Of a stretch of 64,000 nt of DNA, positions 39,201-48,340 are shown piece by piece. The first letter of the stretch is position 1. The number at the start of each line of letters is the position of its first letter. The notes beneath the pieces were generated by a model. That model ran no database searches. It worked only from the letters and a program-made list of their open reading frames with translations, and was not told the origin of the DNA. The stretch spans positions 128,001 to 192,000 of the forward strand of contig JAVZLQ010000004.1 in assembly GCA_038883655.1 (NCBI GenBank), given 5' to 3'. A program made the translations under genes and the position numbers. Origin of the DNA: Candidatus Bathyarchaeia archaeon. Lineage in GTDB: Archaea > Thermoproteota > Bathyarchaeia > Bathyarchaeales > Bathycorpusculaceae.

Positions 39201-40056
39201 TGTTGACGCTAGGCGGATTCCATCAACGCCAATAATGACGATTTACTTAACTGAAAAGTATAGAAAGAGCAGAGAAGCTGCTGTTAAAATCGCCAGAAAC
39301 ATAGTTTATACAACTTTAGAGAATTTGGCGCGAGCCATATACGAGGATGCTGTCCGCGGCGAGATTGTCGTGGAACTCAGCAAGGTTATGATGGAAGACC
39401 GTAGCGTAACACTTGAAGAGCTTAAAGAGAAGCTGCAAATCCCAAACTGCGCAATAAGAATGAGGGGCAACATAATTCGCGTGAAGCCCAAAAAGGAGGA
39501 AAACCTCAAAAAATTGTTGGACAAAATCTCTTCATTTTACATTAAAGGCGTTTCTGGCATAAAACGTGTTTTAGTTACAGAAGAGAAGGGAGAGTGGATT
39601 ATAAGAACAGATGGCTCAAACTTGCCAAAGGTTCTTGAAATCTGCGGAGTGGATCCCTCGCGGACAACAACAAACAACATACACGAAATAGCCAAAACTT
39701 TGGGTATTGAGGCGGCTAGAAACGCTCTAATAAACGAGTCTAAAGGCGTTCTGGAAGAGCAAGGGTTAGATGTTGATGTTCGCCACGTCATGCTTGTTGC
39801 TGACATGATGACCGCTACTGGCGAAGTACAGCAGATAGGAAGGCATGGCATAAGCGGGAAGAAATCAAGTGTTCTGGCGAGGGCAGCATTTGAGATAACC
39901 GTTCCAAACATTGTTGATGCTGCAGTTAAGGGCGAAAGCGACCCATTGGAAGGCGTAACTGAAAACGTTATAGTTGGGCAGTCGATACCAATAGGCACTG
40001 GACTAGTCGAATTATACATGTCCACGTTCGAGATGGGGAGGAAAAACGAGAAATGA
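36226..40056 (+). CDS. rpo1: DNA-directed RNA polymerase subunit A, fused A'+A'' (Rpo1)
   Basis: CPGHFGH, YNADFDGDEMN, bridge helix, and AQSIGEPGTQMTLRTFH (A'' motif) in one ORF. Confidence 0.97.
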   Translation: MIMAAEEIVHKVVDEIQFGLFSPQEIRKLSVVEIQTPDTYDEDGAPITAGLMDGRLGTLEPRQRCRTCGNTAVRCPGHFGHIELAVPIIHIEFTKLIYDLLRSTCRNCGRILLPDETIKRVRAKINKTKQLLGVVPDEVSKWVVQEAKTKQCPHCGAVQYKITFEKPTKFSEQIPESGSEPLTPSMIRERLERIPDDDLELLGFNPKAARPEWMVLQVLPVPPVYVRPSITLETGIRSEDDLTHKLVDIIRINQRLKENMDAGAPTLIIQDLSELLQYHVTTYFNNEASGIPPARHRSGRALKTLSQRLKGKEGRFRSNLSGKRVDFSARTVISPDPNLDISEVGVPQEVAMRLSVPEKVTEWNIEEMRKLVINGPEKYPGALYIIRPDGKRIRLEFVADRTKIAEALEPGYIVERHLKNGDIAIFNRQPSLHRMSIMAHYVRVLPYKTFRLHLCVCPPYNADFDGDEMNLHIPQSEEARTEALMLMQVQDQILSPRFGGPIIGAIRDFITAAYLFTRKNNYLTKSEVGRLLAAAGYDGPLPEPKIKEPQPLWTGKQIFSLFLPKDFNYVLKATICQGCARCLEENCPHDAYVVVKNGELISGVIDRRSIGAEQSESLLHRIIKDYGTKAGREFLNRMTRLLKLFISMRGFTYSYQELILSPEAENKIKETMEKVQKKVEELIESYRKGTLQRLPGQTLEDSFEIYIMNELAKARDDAGKIADKDFTLENSGIVMTRTGARGSNLNIGQMSACVGQQSVRGKRILRGYIGRALPHFKAGDPSPRARGFVYSSYQRGLDAIEFFFHAMGGREGLVDTAVRTQQSGYMQRRLINALEHIRLEYDGTVRNSAGDIIQFKYGEDGVDPAKSDHGKAVNVNRLVDQVRIATEGGKPAEVEYIKKKIEEVKDQLTPLLVEELKQCLSKAKISKEGVDKAVKLTVEHYKRSLMEPGEAVGIIAAQSIGEPGTQMTLRTFHYAGVREQNVTLGLPRLIEIVDARRIPSTPIMTIYLTEKYRKSREAAVKIARNIVYTTLENLARAIYEDAVRGEIVVELSKVMMEDRSVTLEELKEKLQIPNCAIRMRGNIIRVKPKKEENLKKLLDKISSFYIKGVSGIKRVLVTEEKGEWIIRTDGSNLPKVLEICGVDPSRTTTNNIHEIAKTLGIEAARNALINESKGVLEEQGLDVDVRHVMLVADMMTATGEVQQIGRHGISGKKSSVLARAAFEITVPNIVDAAVKGESDPLEGVTENVIVGQSIPIGTGLVELYMSTFEMGRKNEK

Positions 40057-40388
40057 TTGACATAGACAAGGCAATAGCCACAGCCGTAAAAACCGGCAAG
40101 GTTTTCTTCGGAGCGAACACGGCCATACACAGCGCCAAAAGCGGAAGGGCGAAAATGATAATTTTGGCTTCAAACTGTCCAAAAAACATACGCGAAGACC
40201 TAGAATACTACTGCAAACTTTCAAAAATACCACTAATCGTTTATAAGGGTTCATCAATGGATTTAGCTGCTGTCTGTGGAAAACCTTATGTTGTTTCAGC
40301 GTTAAGTATAAGAGAACCAGGTGATTCAGAAATACTTGAGTTAGCTGAAAAAGGCGAGTCAGAGGAATCCGTTGGAGGCGGCGAATGA
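40053..40388 (+). CDS. rpl30e: 50S ribosomal protein L30e
   Basis: AVKTGKV.FG..A...ASNCP...DLAAVCGKPY; canonical position after rpoA. Confidence 0.95.
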   Translation: MIDIDKAIATAVKTGKVFFGANTAIHSAKSGRAKMIILASNCPKNIREDLEYYCKLSKIPLIVYKGSSMDLAAVCGKPYVVSALSIREPGDSEILELAEKGESEESVGGGE

Positions 40389-40822
40389 CAAGCGGAATAA
40401 AAATTACAAGTACAGAGATGCGTTACATTGCGCTTTTTGAAAGCATAACAGGAGCAAGCGTCAAGGACTGCATAGTCGATGAGGAACAGGGGCGCGTAAT
40501 CTTCGTTGTAAACGAGGGACAAATAGGCGTAGCCATTGGAAAAGGCGGAAGAAACATCCGCACTTTGGAGTCAATGACTGGAAAGAAACACGAAATAATC
40601 GAGTATTCAGAAGATCCTGTTCAATTCATAAAAAATGCCCTAAAACCAGCAATAGTTAAGGAGGTTCGCCTCACGGAGAGAACCGATGGAAAGAGAATAG
40701 CCGTTGTTACTGTTAATCCGCGGGATAAGGGTGTAGCCATTGGCAAGAACGGAAGAAACGCTGAAAGACTGCGTTTTCTAGCAAAACGATATTTTGACAT
40801 ACAAAACGTAAGCATAACCTAG
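40385..40822 (+). CDS. nusA: Archaeal NusA (two KH domains)
   Basis: AIGKGG and AIGKNG KH motifs; operon position. Confidence 0.95.
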   Translation: MTSGIKITSTEMRYIALFESITGASVKDCIVDEEQGRVIFVVNEGQIGVAIGKGGRNIRTLESMTGKKHEIIEYSEDPVQFIKNALKPAIVKEVRLTERTDGKRIAVVTVNPRDKGVAIGKNGRNAERLRFLAKRYFDIQNVSIT

Positions 40823-40824
40823 AC

Positions 40825-41019
40825 TTGGAGAATCCCAGAATGAAAAGGCAAAAGTTGTTAACTTTATTCGCGTTTTTCCTATTTTCCATCTTAATAGGTG
40901 TTGCTAGGGCTGAAGACGATTTTATCTTCACTCAGTTTCTGGAAACTCCGCTGATAATTTTAACAATTCTAATCATAATTGACATCATAGCCTTCGTTTA
41001 TCATAGAATAAGGAAGTAA
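40825..41019 (+). CDS. Small two-TM membrane protein
   Basis: Two hydrophobic segments and a basic C-terminus. Confidence 0.5.
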   Translation: MENPRMKRQKLLTLFAFFLFSILIGVARAEDDFIFTQFLETPLIILTILIIIDIIAFVYHRIRK

Positions 41020-41031
41020 ACGCTGGGCATT

Positions 41032-41586
41032 CTACTTTGACAGGAGCATTTCTATAAGCGCTTTTTGGTCTACTTCTGCGCGTGTCCGCCAATCCAAATA
41101 CAACTGTTCATTTTCATCTTGCGTCAGATAACCATACCTAATGTAGCGGTCAATGTTGACGTCGACCTTCCACCCTGGAAGCTTCTCGCGTAAGAGTTCC
41201 TCAACTTCCTTTCTTGGAGCTTTCCCCTTCTTTGATATTATGTAGGCTATGGCTATTGCAAGTCCAGCTAAGTCGTCTATTCTCCACCCAATCATCTTCG
41301 CCTCTTTAGGCGTTAACTCGCCTCGTAATGTTATGTAGAACCTTGCTCTATCCAAATCTTCCAATGTTGGATTTTCCTTCGGCTTATCCTCCTCAAAGAC
41401 GGTTTTGACCTGCAAGTCCAAAGTCTTCAAGTGCTCGTCCAGAAGCTTGAGAACTTTTGGGTAGTCTGCTCCAAGGGATTTTCGCAGTTCCCATCCTTTT
41501 ACGCCTGGCTTTTTGTGTCGTCTATAAAATAGCATGTGAACTGCCCTCTTCATTTTGCTTGCGTAGTAAGCTTTGCGTTTGCTCAT
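41032..41586 (-). CDS. Tandem winged-helix kite subunit (Nse1/Nse3-MAGE/ScpB-like)
   Basis: LAGLAIAIAYIISKKG..EVEELL..YIRYGYL..YLDWRTRAEV resembles MAGE WH-B; third gene of SMC operon. Confidence 0.65.
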   Translation of the reverse strand: MSKRKAYYASKMKRAVHMLFYRRHKKPGVKGWELRKSLGADYPKVLKLLDEHLKTLDLQVKTVFEEDKPKENPTLEDLDRARFYITLRGELTPKEAKMIGWRIDDLAGLAIAIAYIISKKGKAPRKEVEELLREKLPGWKVDVNIDRYIRYGYLTQDENEQLYLDWRTRAEVDQKALIEMLLSK

Positions 41587-42413
41587 TTTAGGCGTTCTCC
41601 CTTGCGTTTAAGCCATTCTTCTGGTGAGATGGCTATGGGCACGGAAACTAGCTGTTTTTTACCAAGTTTGGCTGGAGGCTTCTCGTAGGGTTTTATGAAA
41701 ATCTCCTCTTCAAGTGGACGGATCTCTAATGTTGCATAGCCATATGTGATTAAGAAGCTTGTCATAAAAGCCCTATGGACTGTTTCCTCATATGTTTCAG
41801 CCATGATGAAGTCCCAATAACTTATCTTTTCATCTTCACCTTGTTCGGCGGTTTTATTTTTGAGTTCGCGCCAAAAGTTTTCCAGTTCTTCGGAGAAGGC
41901 TTTGTCCAGCAGTATTCTCTGTTCTATTAGTTCTTTGCGTGTTGCCTTGCCCGCTTCGGCTTCCATCGGCAGAGGTTCCTTCCACCTCTCTTTCAGTGGC
42001 AGTAAGCTTTCCCAGTATCGTATTGCCTCTGCTAGGCTGTGAAGTGAAATTTGCTCCAATTCGACTGTTGGATGCCAAGCGTAAAGGAAACTTTCAACAA
42101 TGTCTTCTTTTTCTATCCGCCTTATCTTCTCTTCTAGCAGGAATGGGTCTGTGTAAAGCGACGTTGAACGGTGTTTAACCCACTCGCTTTGCAGTTTTAT
42201 GACCGAGGCTATGTGATGTATTGTTTCAGCGTCTAGGCATAGATCTTCTGGGATTTCCCATTCTGGAAAATACTCCTTAACCGTTGCTATAATGTCGTCC
42301 ACGTCTATCAAGAACGGGTCTAGGGAGCGCTCCTCCACGGATCTGCACATTTCAATTATGCGCTGGAGCTTCTCCCTACCAGCCTTTATTCGCTCCTTCT
42401 TTGACTGCATCAA
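41583..42413 (-). CDS. Putative kleisin (ScpA/Nse4-like)
   Basis: LDPFLIDV N-terminal motif like ScpA DPWDIDI; C-terminal WH-like FMTSFLITYGYATLEIRPLEEEIFI; translationally coupled to SMC. Confidence 0.65.
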   Translation of the reverse strand: MMQSKKERIKAGREKLQRIIEMCRSVEERSLDPFLIDVDDIIATVKEYFPEWEIPEDLCLDAETIHHIASVIKLQSEWVKHRSTSLYTDPFLLEEKIRRIEKEDIVESFLYAWHPTVELEQISLHSLAEAIRYWESLLPLKERWKEPLPMEAEAGKATRKELIEQRILLDKAFSEELENFWRELKNKTAEQGEDEKISYWDFIMAETYEETVHRAFMTSFLITYGYATLEIRPLEEEIFIKPYEKPPAKLGKKQLVSVPIAISPEEWLKRKGERLK

Positions 42414-44353
42414 GTAACCTCGCGTATTATCGATTTGCCCTCAACATTTTGCACAGTAATTATGTTAATGGCTTCTTTTGCGAATGTCACTTGGCTTGGC
42501 GTGATTATAATGTATTGGGCGTTTGCATCTTTAACCATTGATATTAATATTTTAGCAATTAGCTCGCGGTTTTTCGGGTCCATGTGGATATCATACTCGT
42601 CAACTGCCCTGAACGGTGAGCGGACGTGCTGTTGTAAGGCTAGAAGAAAGCTCATTGTGGCTGTTGTTCTTTCTCCACCGCTTTGCGTGTAAGCATCTAA
42701 TGGAACTGGTTTTGCACCCTTAAAGCCCACAAGAATCTCCAGTCCAGCAGCCTCAATGTCGTGCTCGTTAACAAGCCTAACTTCACCTACAGCTTGAGAT
42801 TGGCTTAAGATTTTCTGGTATTCTAAGCTTACGCGGTCGAGAAGGCTCTGGATGACTGTTCGCCAAGCTTGCATCCTCGTCTTAATCTCTTCAAGTGCTT
42901 TTTCCCTGTTTTCCGCAACAAGCCTAGCCTTATCCTTGAGCTCCAAATACAGTTTTGAGTAGGATTCATACATGCGTTCTATGTCCTCTGAAACGTTTGA
43001 AAGTGCTGCCAGGTGCCCATCCGTAACCCTCAATTCATCCAAGATTTCGCCTACGCTCTTGACAACCGCAATTCTTGGTCCAGTTTGCTCTGCGCGGTTT
43101 ATGGCTTCATTTAACTGTGCCTTTGCGCTTTTTAGTTGTTGCTCGATTTCTTCCAAATCCGCTTTGACGTTTTCACGGCGGAACTGAAGCAAAGCCAGCT
43201 TAACGCGGTTTTCTAGAACTTGGCTGCCGACTTTTTCGATGTTTTCATCTAGGCTTTTGATTTTCAACTGGTTTTCATCTATCTTGCCCTTCAACTTTAA
43301 AAGGTTTTGACTAAAGCTTTGTATAAGCTCTTTAAGATTTTCGGCTCTTAAGAGTTTAAACTGCGCGTTTTCTTGCACGGGCGGGTTTAAGCCTTCTCCG
43401 GAAAACCTTTCAAATGTTGAGGTTTCCTTTAGAAGCTGTTCGTAAATGGCGACTGTAGCTTCGTTTCCAGCCTTTTCACGTTCAAGACTTAAGCGTTCCT
43501 CAAATAACGTTTTCCACTCGCTTCTCAACTTTTCCAGTTCACTTTGATGCGTGTTTAGGTGCTCTTCCACTTCGCTTGTTTCTTTTTCGATTTGGCTTAA
43601 AGTGGCCAGCCGCCTTCTCTTTTCAGCTTCCAACCCGTTTATTGTTTCTTCTCTTCTGGCAACTTCTGCCCACGCCAGCTCCCTCTCCAAAAACCGCCTC
43701 TTCGTCATTAGCTGCTTTTTCTCTTGGTATCGCTCGTACTGTTCCCGCCAATAATTGAGTGTCTGTTCGGCGGATTCCAAAAGCTTGCTTATGGATTCTT
43801 CTTGGCTTAGGATTCGCGTTAACTTTTTCTGCGCTTCCAAAACATTGACGCGGAAAGGCTCCAGTCCAACAGCTGCTTCTACCATGCGTAGCTTTTGTTG
43901 TTGCGAGAGCACTGTGAACTGTTCAACCATGTTTTGATGCATTATTATGAGCATGTTGTTCGGGTCGACGCCAAGCTTTGAGAGGAATCTGTCAACCTCC
44001 GCCTTCGTAACAGCCCTATTCTCCAACTCAAACCAGTACTGCCCATCCCTACGCAAAACACGCGTGAGAAAAATCTGATCCTTGTTAAATTTTGGAACTG
44101 GGCGCCTCCCGCCTTTCTTAGCGTTATCCAAAATTAGCGTGACGCGCGCTTGGTCCTTGCCCCAACGAATCAAGTCGCTCAATTTCCTAGAACGTTCAGT
44201 ATAAGACTGCCCAAGAGCTACAGAAATAGCTAATAAAAGCGAGGATTTTCCAGAACCATTCGGACCGCAAACAACATTTACGCCTGGTTTAAGGGGTACC
44301 CTAGCGTACTCGTAGCTCATGAAGTTTTCAAGGATTACCTCGCTGACGAGCAT
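42410..44353 (-). CDS. Short SMC-family ATPase, SMC5/6-like
   Basis: LENFMSY, GPNGSGKSS, coiled coils, QSGGERT, SPFRAVDEYDIHMDPKNR, QYIIITP. Confidence 0.88.
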   Translation of the reverse strand: MLVSEVILENFMSYEYARVPLKPGVNVVCGPNGSGKSSLLLAISVALGQSYTERSRKLSDLIRWGKDQARVTLILDNAKKGGRRPVPKFNKDQIFLTRVLRRDGQYWFELENRAVTKAEVDRFLSKLGVDPNNMLIIMHQNMVEQFTVLSQQQKLRMVEAAVGLEPFRVNVLEAQKKLTRILSQEESISKLLESAEQTLNYWREQYERYQEKKQLMTKRRFLERELAWAEVARREETINGLEAEKRRRLATLSQIEKETSEVEEHLNTHQSELEKLRSEWKTLFEERLSLEREKAGNEATVAIYEQLLKETSTFERFSGEGLNPPVQENAQFKLLRAENLKELIQSFSQNLLKLKGKIDENQLKIKSLDENIEKVGSQVLENRVKLALLQFRRENVKADLEEIEQQLKSAKAQLNEAINRAEQTGPRIAVVKSVGEILDELRVTDGHLAALSNVSEDIERMYESYSKLYLELKDKARLVAENREKALEEIKTRMQAWRTVIQSLLDRVSLEYQKILSQSQAVGEVRLVNEHDIEAAGLEILVGFKGAKPVPLDAYTQSGGERTTATMSFLLALQQHVRSPFRAVDEYDIHMDPKNRELIAKILISMVKDANAQYIIITPSQVTFAKEAINIITVQNVEGKSIIREVT

Positions 44354-44554
44354 CTGCCATTCTTTTCCTCTAGCGCCTTCCCTACTGCAGTATAAAATAG
44401 AGGATAAAAACTCTTATTAAAACAATTAGGCAAGAAGGGGTTGGGGCTAATCTTTATTTTAACAAAATTTTGGACCCATGTTATGTATGTGTGGATATGC
44501 AAAACGCAAAACTTTAGTCTTCAACTCCATACAATAATTGTTGGCGATATCGAA

Positions 44555-45241
44555 ATGGTTGTTGCTGGCAAAGTGTTTAGGCTCGCGGAACAGCTTTCGT
44601 TGGCTGAAGTTGCTTCTAGGCTTAAGGATTATCGTGTTGAAGAGCCTTATGAGGAGGGCGATTACAAGTTTACGCTTGTTAGCGAAGTTGTTGGGCTTCT
44701 TTCAAAAGAAGGTGGGCTTCGGGGCATCTACTCCCATGATTACGTTATTCACGTTTTTCATAGGGGCAAGATGGCGCCTTTGCCACGCACAGTTGAAGCA
44801 CTGTTCAGTTTTGCAGAACATGGAAAAGCCACGTTTTTGACTGTTGTGGAGAAGAAGCGTCTAGCCAACTTCATAGCCAACAAGCTCAGCGAAATCCTAT
44901 TCGAGAAGGTTGGCGGAATAGTTGAAGCCCGAATCCCGCCTGAAACTTTGAGGGACTTCCACTTGAAGAATCCTGAAGATACGAAGATAACGTTTTTCGA
45001 TAACGTTGACATTCCAAACGTGAACAAGCTTTCGCTTTATGGACCAGACCTAATCAACACTTCGCTTTTCGAAGACTACTGCAAACATGGCGACCTCTGG
45101 TACGTCGTCGCAAGAACTAGAGAATACGGCTATGTGGTTGGCATAACCCGCGACGCGTCAGTCACGATATTCAACCTAACAGACAAAGAAAGATACTTGG
45201 AGTACGTGCAGAAGGAAGTTTACCCGCTAATAGCTAAATAG
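44555..45241 (+). CDS. Archaeal hypothetical protein
   Basis: ORF 44441..45241, likely start ATG 44555 (MVVAGKVF); divergent from SMC operon. Confidence 0.75.
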   Translation: MVVAGKVFRLAEQLSLAEVASRLKDYRVEEPYEEGDYKFTLVSEVVGLLSKEGGLRGIYSHDYVIHVFHRGKMAPLPRTVEALFSFAEHGKATFLTVVEKKRLANFIANKLSEILFEKVGGIVEARIPPETLRDFHLKNPEDTKITFFDNVDIPNVNKLSLYGPDLINTSLFEDYCKHGDLWYVVARTREYGYVVGITRDASVTIFNLTDKERYLEYVQKEVYPLIAK

Positions 45242-45297
45242 GAAGAGAAACCTTTTACGCTAGATTAACATTTCATAAACAGAATGGAGGACATCGG

Positions 45298-46719
45298 TTG
45301 TCCTTTTTAAGGAAATTTAAGGAAAAATTAACTCCACCGAACGCGTCCATTTCTTTGGAACTTGCGAAATGGCGATTCAGCCCAGGCGAAACCATTGAAG
45401 GCAAAGTTGTAGTCAAATCGGAAGAAGATTTTGACGCCGTTGGAATACGATGCGAAGTAGAATGCATCGAGGAAATTAAAAGTAGAGTAAGCGAGTACAA
45501 TTCGTCAAGAAAACGCATGATTGAAAGAGACGTCTGGAATAGAATTACGCATTTTGCGGAAAAACCAACGATTTGTGGTCCAATACACATCACAAAAGGG
45601 TCAACACAAGCTTTCCCAATAAGCATTAAGCTCCCAACAAGCGCATGGCTATCTCATAAAGGAGTTGACCGCAAGCTTACATGGATCATTAAGGGCGTAG
45701 TAGCCGTTGAAGGTAGACCAGACGCCACAAGCAAAACCATAGAAATTGAAGTTGGCGAGCCACAGCAAATTCAGCCTCCGCCACCACCGCCAATACCAGC
45801 TCCTGCTCCACAAGTGGCAGCACCTACTAGTCAAACAGCAGCCGCGCCTCCGCCGCCGAGTATGCCTTTGCCAACAAACTGTGGCAGATGTGGCGCTCCA
45901 TTAGGCGTGTCACATGAGGATTTGGTTGTAACTTGCAGATACTGTGGCTTTACCATGACTGTGGCAACGAGAGAAGAAGTAAGAAGGCACAGCATGTTGG
46001 AGAACCGTTTGTTCGCTCAGCAAGCCGTTGAAGCAGCGCGGAAGTACATGGATAAAGGCATTTTTAGGGTTGGTGTTTCAAAGGAAGCCGTTATAACAGA
46101 TGTGAAACTTCGTTACGTGCCCTTCTGGGTTTGCCAAGTAACCACAAACACCTATTTTAGGGGCGTTACTGGAACTGGAATTATGGGCGAAATCCACCAG
46201 GCGCAAGAGGCAGTTACAGACAAGAGGTCAAGTGGACTGGCAAAATTTGGAAAGCTCGTTCTTGCAGGAGTAAAAGCCTACGCTGAAACCCAACAGAAGG
46301 ACAGACGACCACAAACAGTAGCGTATTCCTTCTCTAACACTTATATTTGGCCGACTTTGGCTAGGCGGACAATGATAAGCGAAATAAACTATTATGATGT
46401 GCCAGCCGCGCGAAAGATTCCCTTTGACGTTGGGAAGATACCGTCAGATGTGGAATTCCTAAACATAGAGTTGAATGAGGAGGAAGCCAAAATGAAGATT
46501 AAAGCGGAAGTCGAAGCAAGGGAGCGGCTAATCGCTTCTGGGAAAGTGGACACACTTGAGACTTGCAGTACAAGTATTGTCATGGGTGAAATGGAGCTTG
46601 TTCACGCTCCAGTTTGGTTTGTGCATTACACTTTGGGCGGCGAAAACTACGTTGTCGCCGTTGATGGTTGCGAGGGGAAAGTTTTAGGTGGGGGAAGACC
46701 GCTATTTAAAATCAAATAG
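45298..46719 (+). CDS. Arrestin/Spo0M-like N-domain + Pro-rich linker + zinc ribbon + YdjG-like C-domain
   Basis: F.PGETIEGKVVV..FPISIKLP..S.KG...W.IKG arrestin-N pattern; CGRCG..CRYCG; YVPFW and HAPVWFVHY..VDG. Confidence 0.65.
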   Translation: MSFLRKFKEKLTPPNASISLELAKWRFSPGETIEGKVVVKSEEDFDAVGIRCEVECIEEIKSRVSEYNSSRKRMIERDVWNRITHFAEKPTICGPIHITKGSTQAFPISIKLPTSAWLSHKGVDRKLTWIIKGVVAVEGRPDATSKTIEIEVGEPQQIQPPPPPPIPAPAPQVAAPTSQTAAAPPPPSMPLPTNCGRCGAPLGVSHEDLVVTCRYCGFTMTVATREEVRRHSMLENRLFAQQAVEAARKYMDKGIFRVGVSKEAVITDVKLRYVPFWVCQVTTNTYFRGVTGTGIMGEIHQAQEAVTDKRSSGLAKFGKLVLAGVKAYAETQQKDRRPQTVAYSFSNTYIWPTLARRTMISEINYYDVPAARKIPFDVGKIPSDVEFLNIELNEEEAKMKIKAEVEARERLIASGKVDTLETCSTSIVMGEMELVHAPVWFVHYTLGGENYVVAVDGCEGKVLGGGRPLFKIK

Positions 46720-46736
46720 GATAGGGAAGTTGGAAA

Positions 46737-47264
46737 ATGTCGGAAAAGGAAACCATAGAGAAAGTGAAGGATAGGCAAGGAATTCTCGCGAAAATCCAGA
46801 ACATTTTCGGCTTGGGCTACGCGACTAAAGAAGACTTAAGGGAGCTGGACAAGAAACTAAGGGACTTCTACTATGCCGATTTTAGGAGCTTGCGCCACAG
46901 ATGGGAAGAAATATACTTAGCGGCTTTGAACGCTGGAAAAGCCACAGACGACTTCAAAAAGGTTATACAGATAATGGACCGTGTTGCAGAGAAAGTTAAT
47001 CGCGCTGACTATGGGTATGCTGGGCTTATGGACCGAAAGGGACACATAAAAGAAACGGAATTAGCCCGCGTCTTCAACTATGACAAGACGTTAAGCGACG
47101 AGATTCAAAAAATAATTGACGCTGTAAATGACTTGTACAAGGATAGCCAAGCTGAAAACTGGGCTGAAGCCGCCGCGAAGGCTCGGAACATTAAATCCTT
47201 AATACTCGGTTTTGAGTCTAAATGGGATGAAAGAGAAAAACAGTTTAGACCAATGGAGGTGTAA
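46737..47264 (+). CDS. Alpha-helical hypothetical protein, SPFH-associated
   Basis: GYATKEDLRELDKKLR, ADYGYAG; in operon with SPFH gene. Confidence 0.7.
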   Translation: MSEKETIEKVKDRQGILAKIQNIFGLGYATKEDLRELDKKLRDFYYADFRSLRHRWEEIYLAALNAGKATDDFKKVIQIMDRVAEKVNRADYGYAGLMDRKGHIKETELARVFNYDKTLSDEIQKIIDAVNDLYKDSQAENWAEAAAKARNIKSLILGFESKWDEREKQFRPMEV

Positions 47265-47269
47265 GTCAA

Positions 47270-48340
47270 ATGCCAGTTATTGAAAGGGTTTCATGGGATT
47301 ATGCTGGACCAGAAGACATAGCCTACAGATTCCCAAAACTCACTTTGAAATATGGAAGCCAAGTCATAGTTAAAGAGAACCAGTGGGCAGTTTTCTTCCG
47401 CGACGGAAAAGCCTACGACGTTTTCGGTCCTGGAAGGCACACCATAACGAGTAATAATATTCCGCTTTTGACTGGCGCCTTGAAGGCGCTTCGAATTATA
47501 GGCGACATATTCGATTGCGAAGTTATTTTTGTAAGCAACAGCCAGTTTAGGGCAAACTTCGGCGGAACAGCCTATTCCGCGCCAAGCGGAGACATAAAAT
47601 ATCAGGCGGAGCTTGGATTTTACGGTTACATGCTCTATAAAGTTGAAGACCCGAAGCTTTTCGTGACTGAGTTCTTCGGAAACAGAAACGCAAGCACATC
47701 GAGGGACATTGAAAACTACATTAGAGGTTTCATAAACGAGCGCATAATAAACGAGTTCGCAAACTACGACATATTCACCCTTGTGCGGAATGTTGACGCA
47801 ACCACGGATAAAGTTACGCTGAAAATAAGCGACGAAGCTGCGAGAGTAGGCTTGAAAGTGATAGACTGCGTATTCGAAGGCGTAAAGATCCCAGAAGAAG
47901 CTAGGCGTTTCGCTTCTGGATTGGGCGCCCAAGCTATGGTGATGCAATACATGAAAGAAACCGCCACGGAACTCAAAGGAAGCGAGGGTGGAGGCGCAGC
48001 CGCCGCCGGATTAGGCGCAGGAATGGGCTTAACAATGCCGTACATCATGGCGCAGCAGATGCAGCAAACCCAAGCGCAACAGTTGGTTATATGTCCAAGT
48101 TGCGGTGCGAAAAACCCCGTTGGAATGAAGTTCTGCGGAAACTGCGGCGCAAGTTTGGCTCCGCAAGCAAAGGTTATTTGTCCAAAGTGCAAAGCTGAGA
48201 ATCCGGCTGGAATGAAGTTCTGTGGGAACTGCGGTTCGCCCTTAACCTCGTCGACCAGCGAAGTTGCATGTCCGAAGTGTGGCACGAAGAATCCTGCTGG
48301 GACAAAGTTCTGCGGAAACTGCGGCGAAAAACTAGCCTAA
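47270..48340 (+). CDS. SPFH/band-7 domain protein (YdjI-like) with three zinc ribbons
   Basis: GSQVIVKENQWAVFFRDGK..DVFGPGRHTI; GAGMG; 3x CPxC..N..GxKFCGNCG. Confidence 0.88.
   Translation: MPVIERVSWDYAGPEDIAYRFPKLTLKYGSQVIVKENQWAVFFRDGKAYDVFGPGRHTITSNNIPLLTGALKALRIIGDIFDCEVIFVSNSQFRANFGGTAYSAPSGDIKYQAELGFYGYMLYKVEDPKLFVTEFFGNRNASTSRDIENYIRGFINERIINEFANYDIFTLVRNVDATTDKVTLKISDEAARVGLKVIDCVFEGVKIPEEARRFASGLGAQAMVMQYMKETATELKGSEGGGAAAAGLGAGMGLTMPYIMAQQMQQTQAQQLVICPSCGAKNPVGMKFCGNCGASLAPQAKVICPKCKAENPAGMKFCGNCGSPLTSSTSEVACPKCGTKNPAGTKFCGNCGEKLA

Noticed and set aside
32876-40257. Many antisense ORFs within rpo2/rpo1 and other housekeeping genes
   Set aside because: Shadow frames of conserved genes with no recognisable motifs or start signals
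41032-44353. Wadjet/MksBEFG plasmid-defence system
   Set aside because: No recognisable JetD/Toprim nuclease; SMC is short and its head motifs look SMC5/6-like
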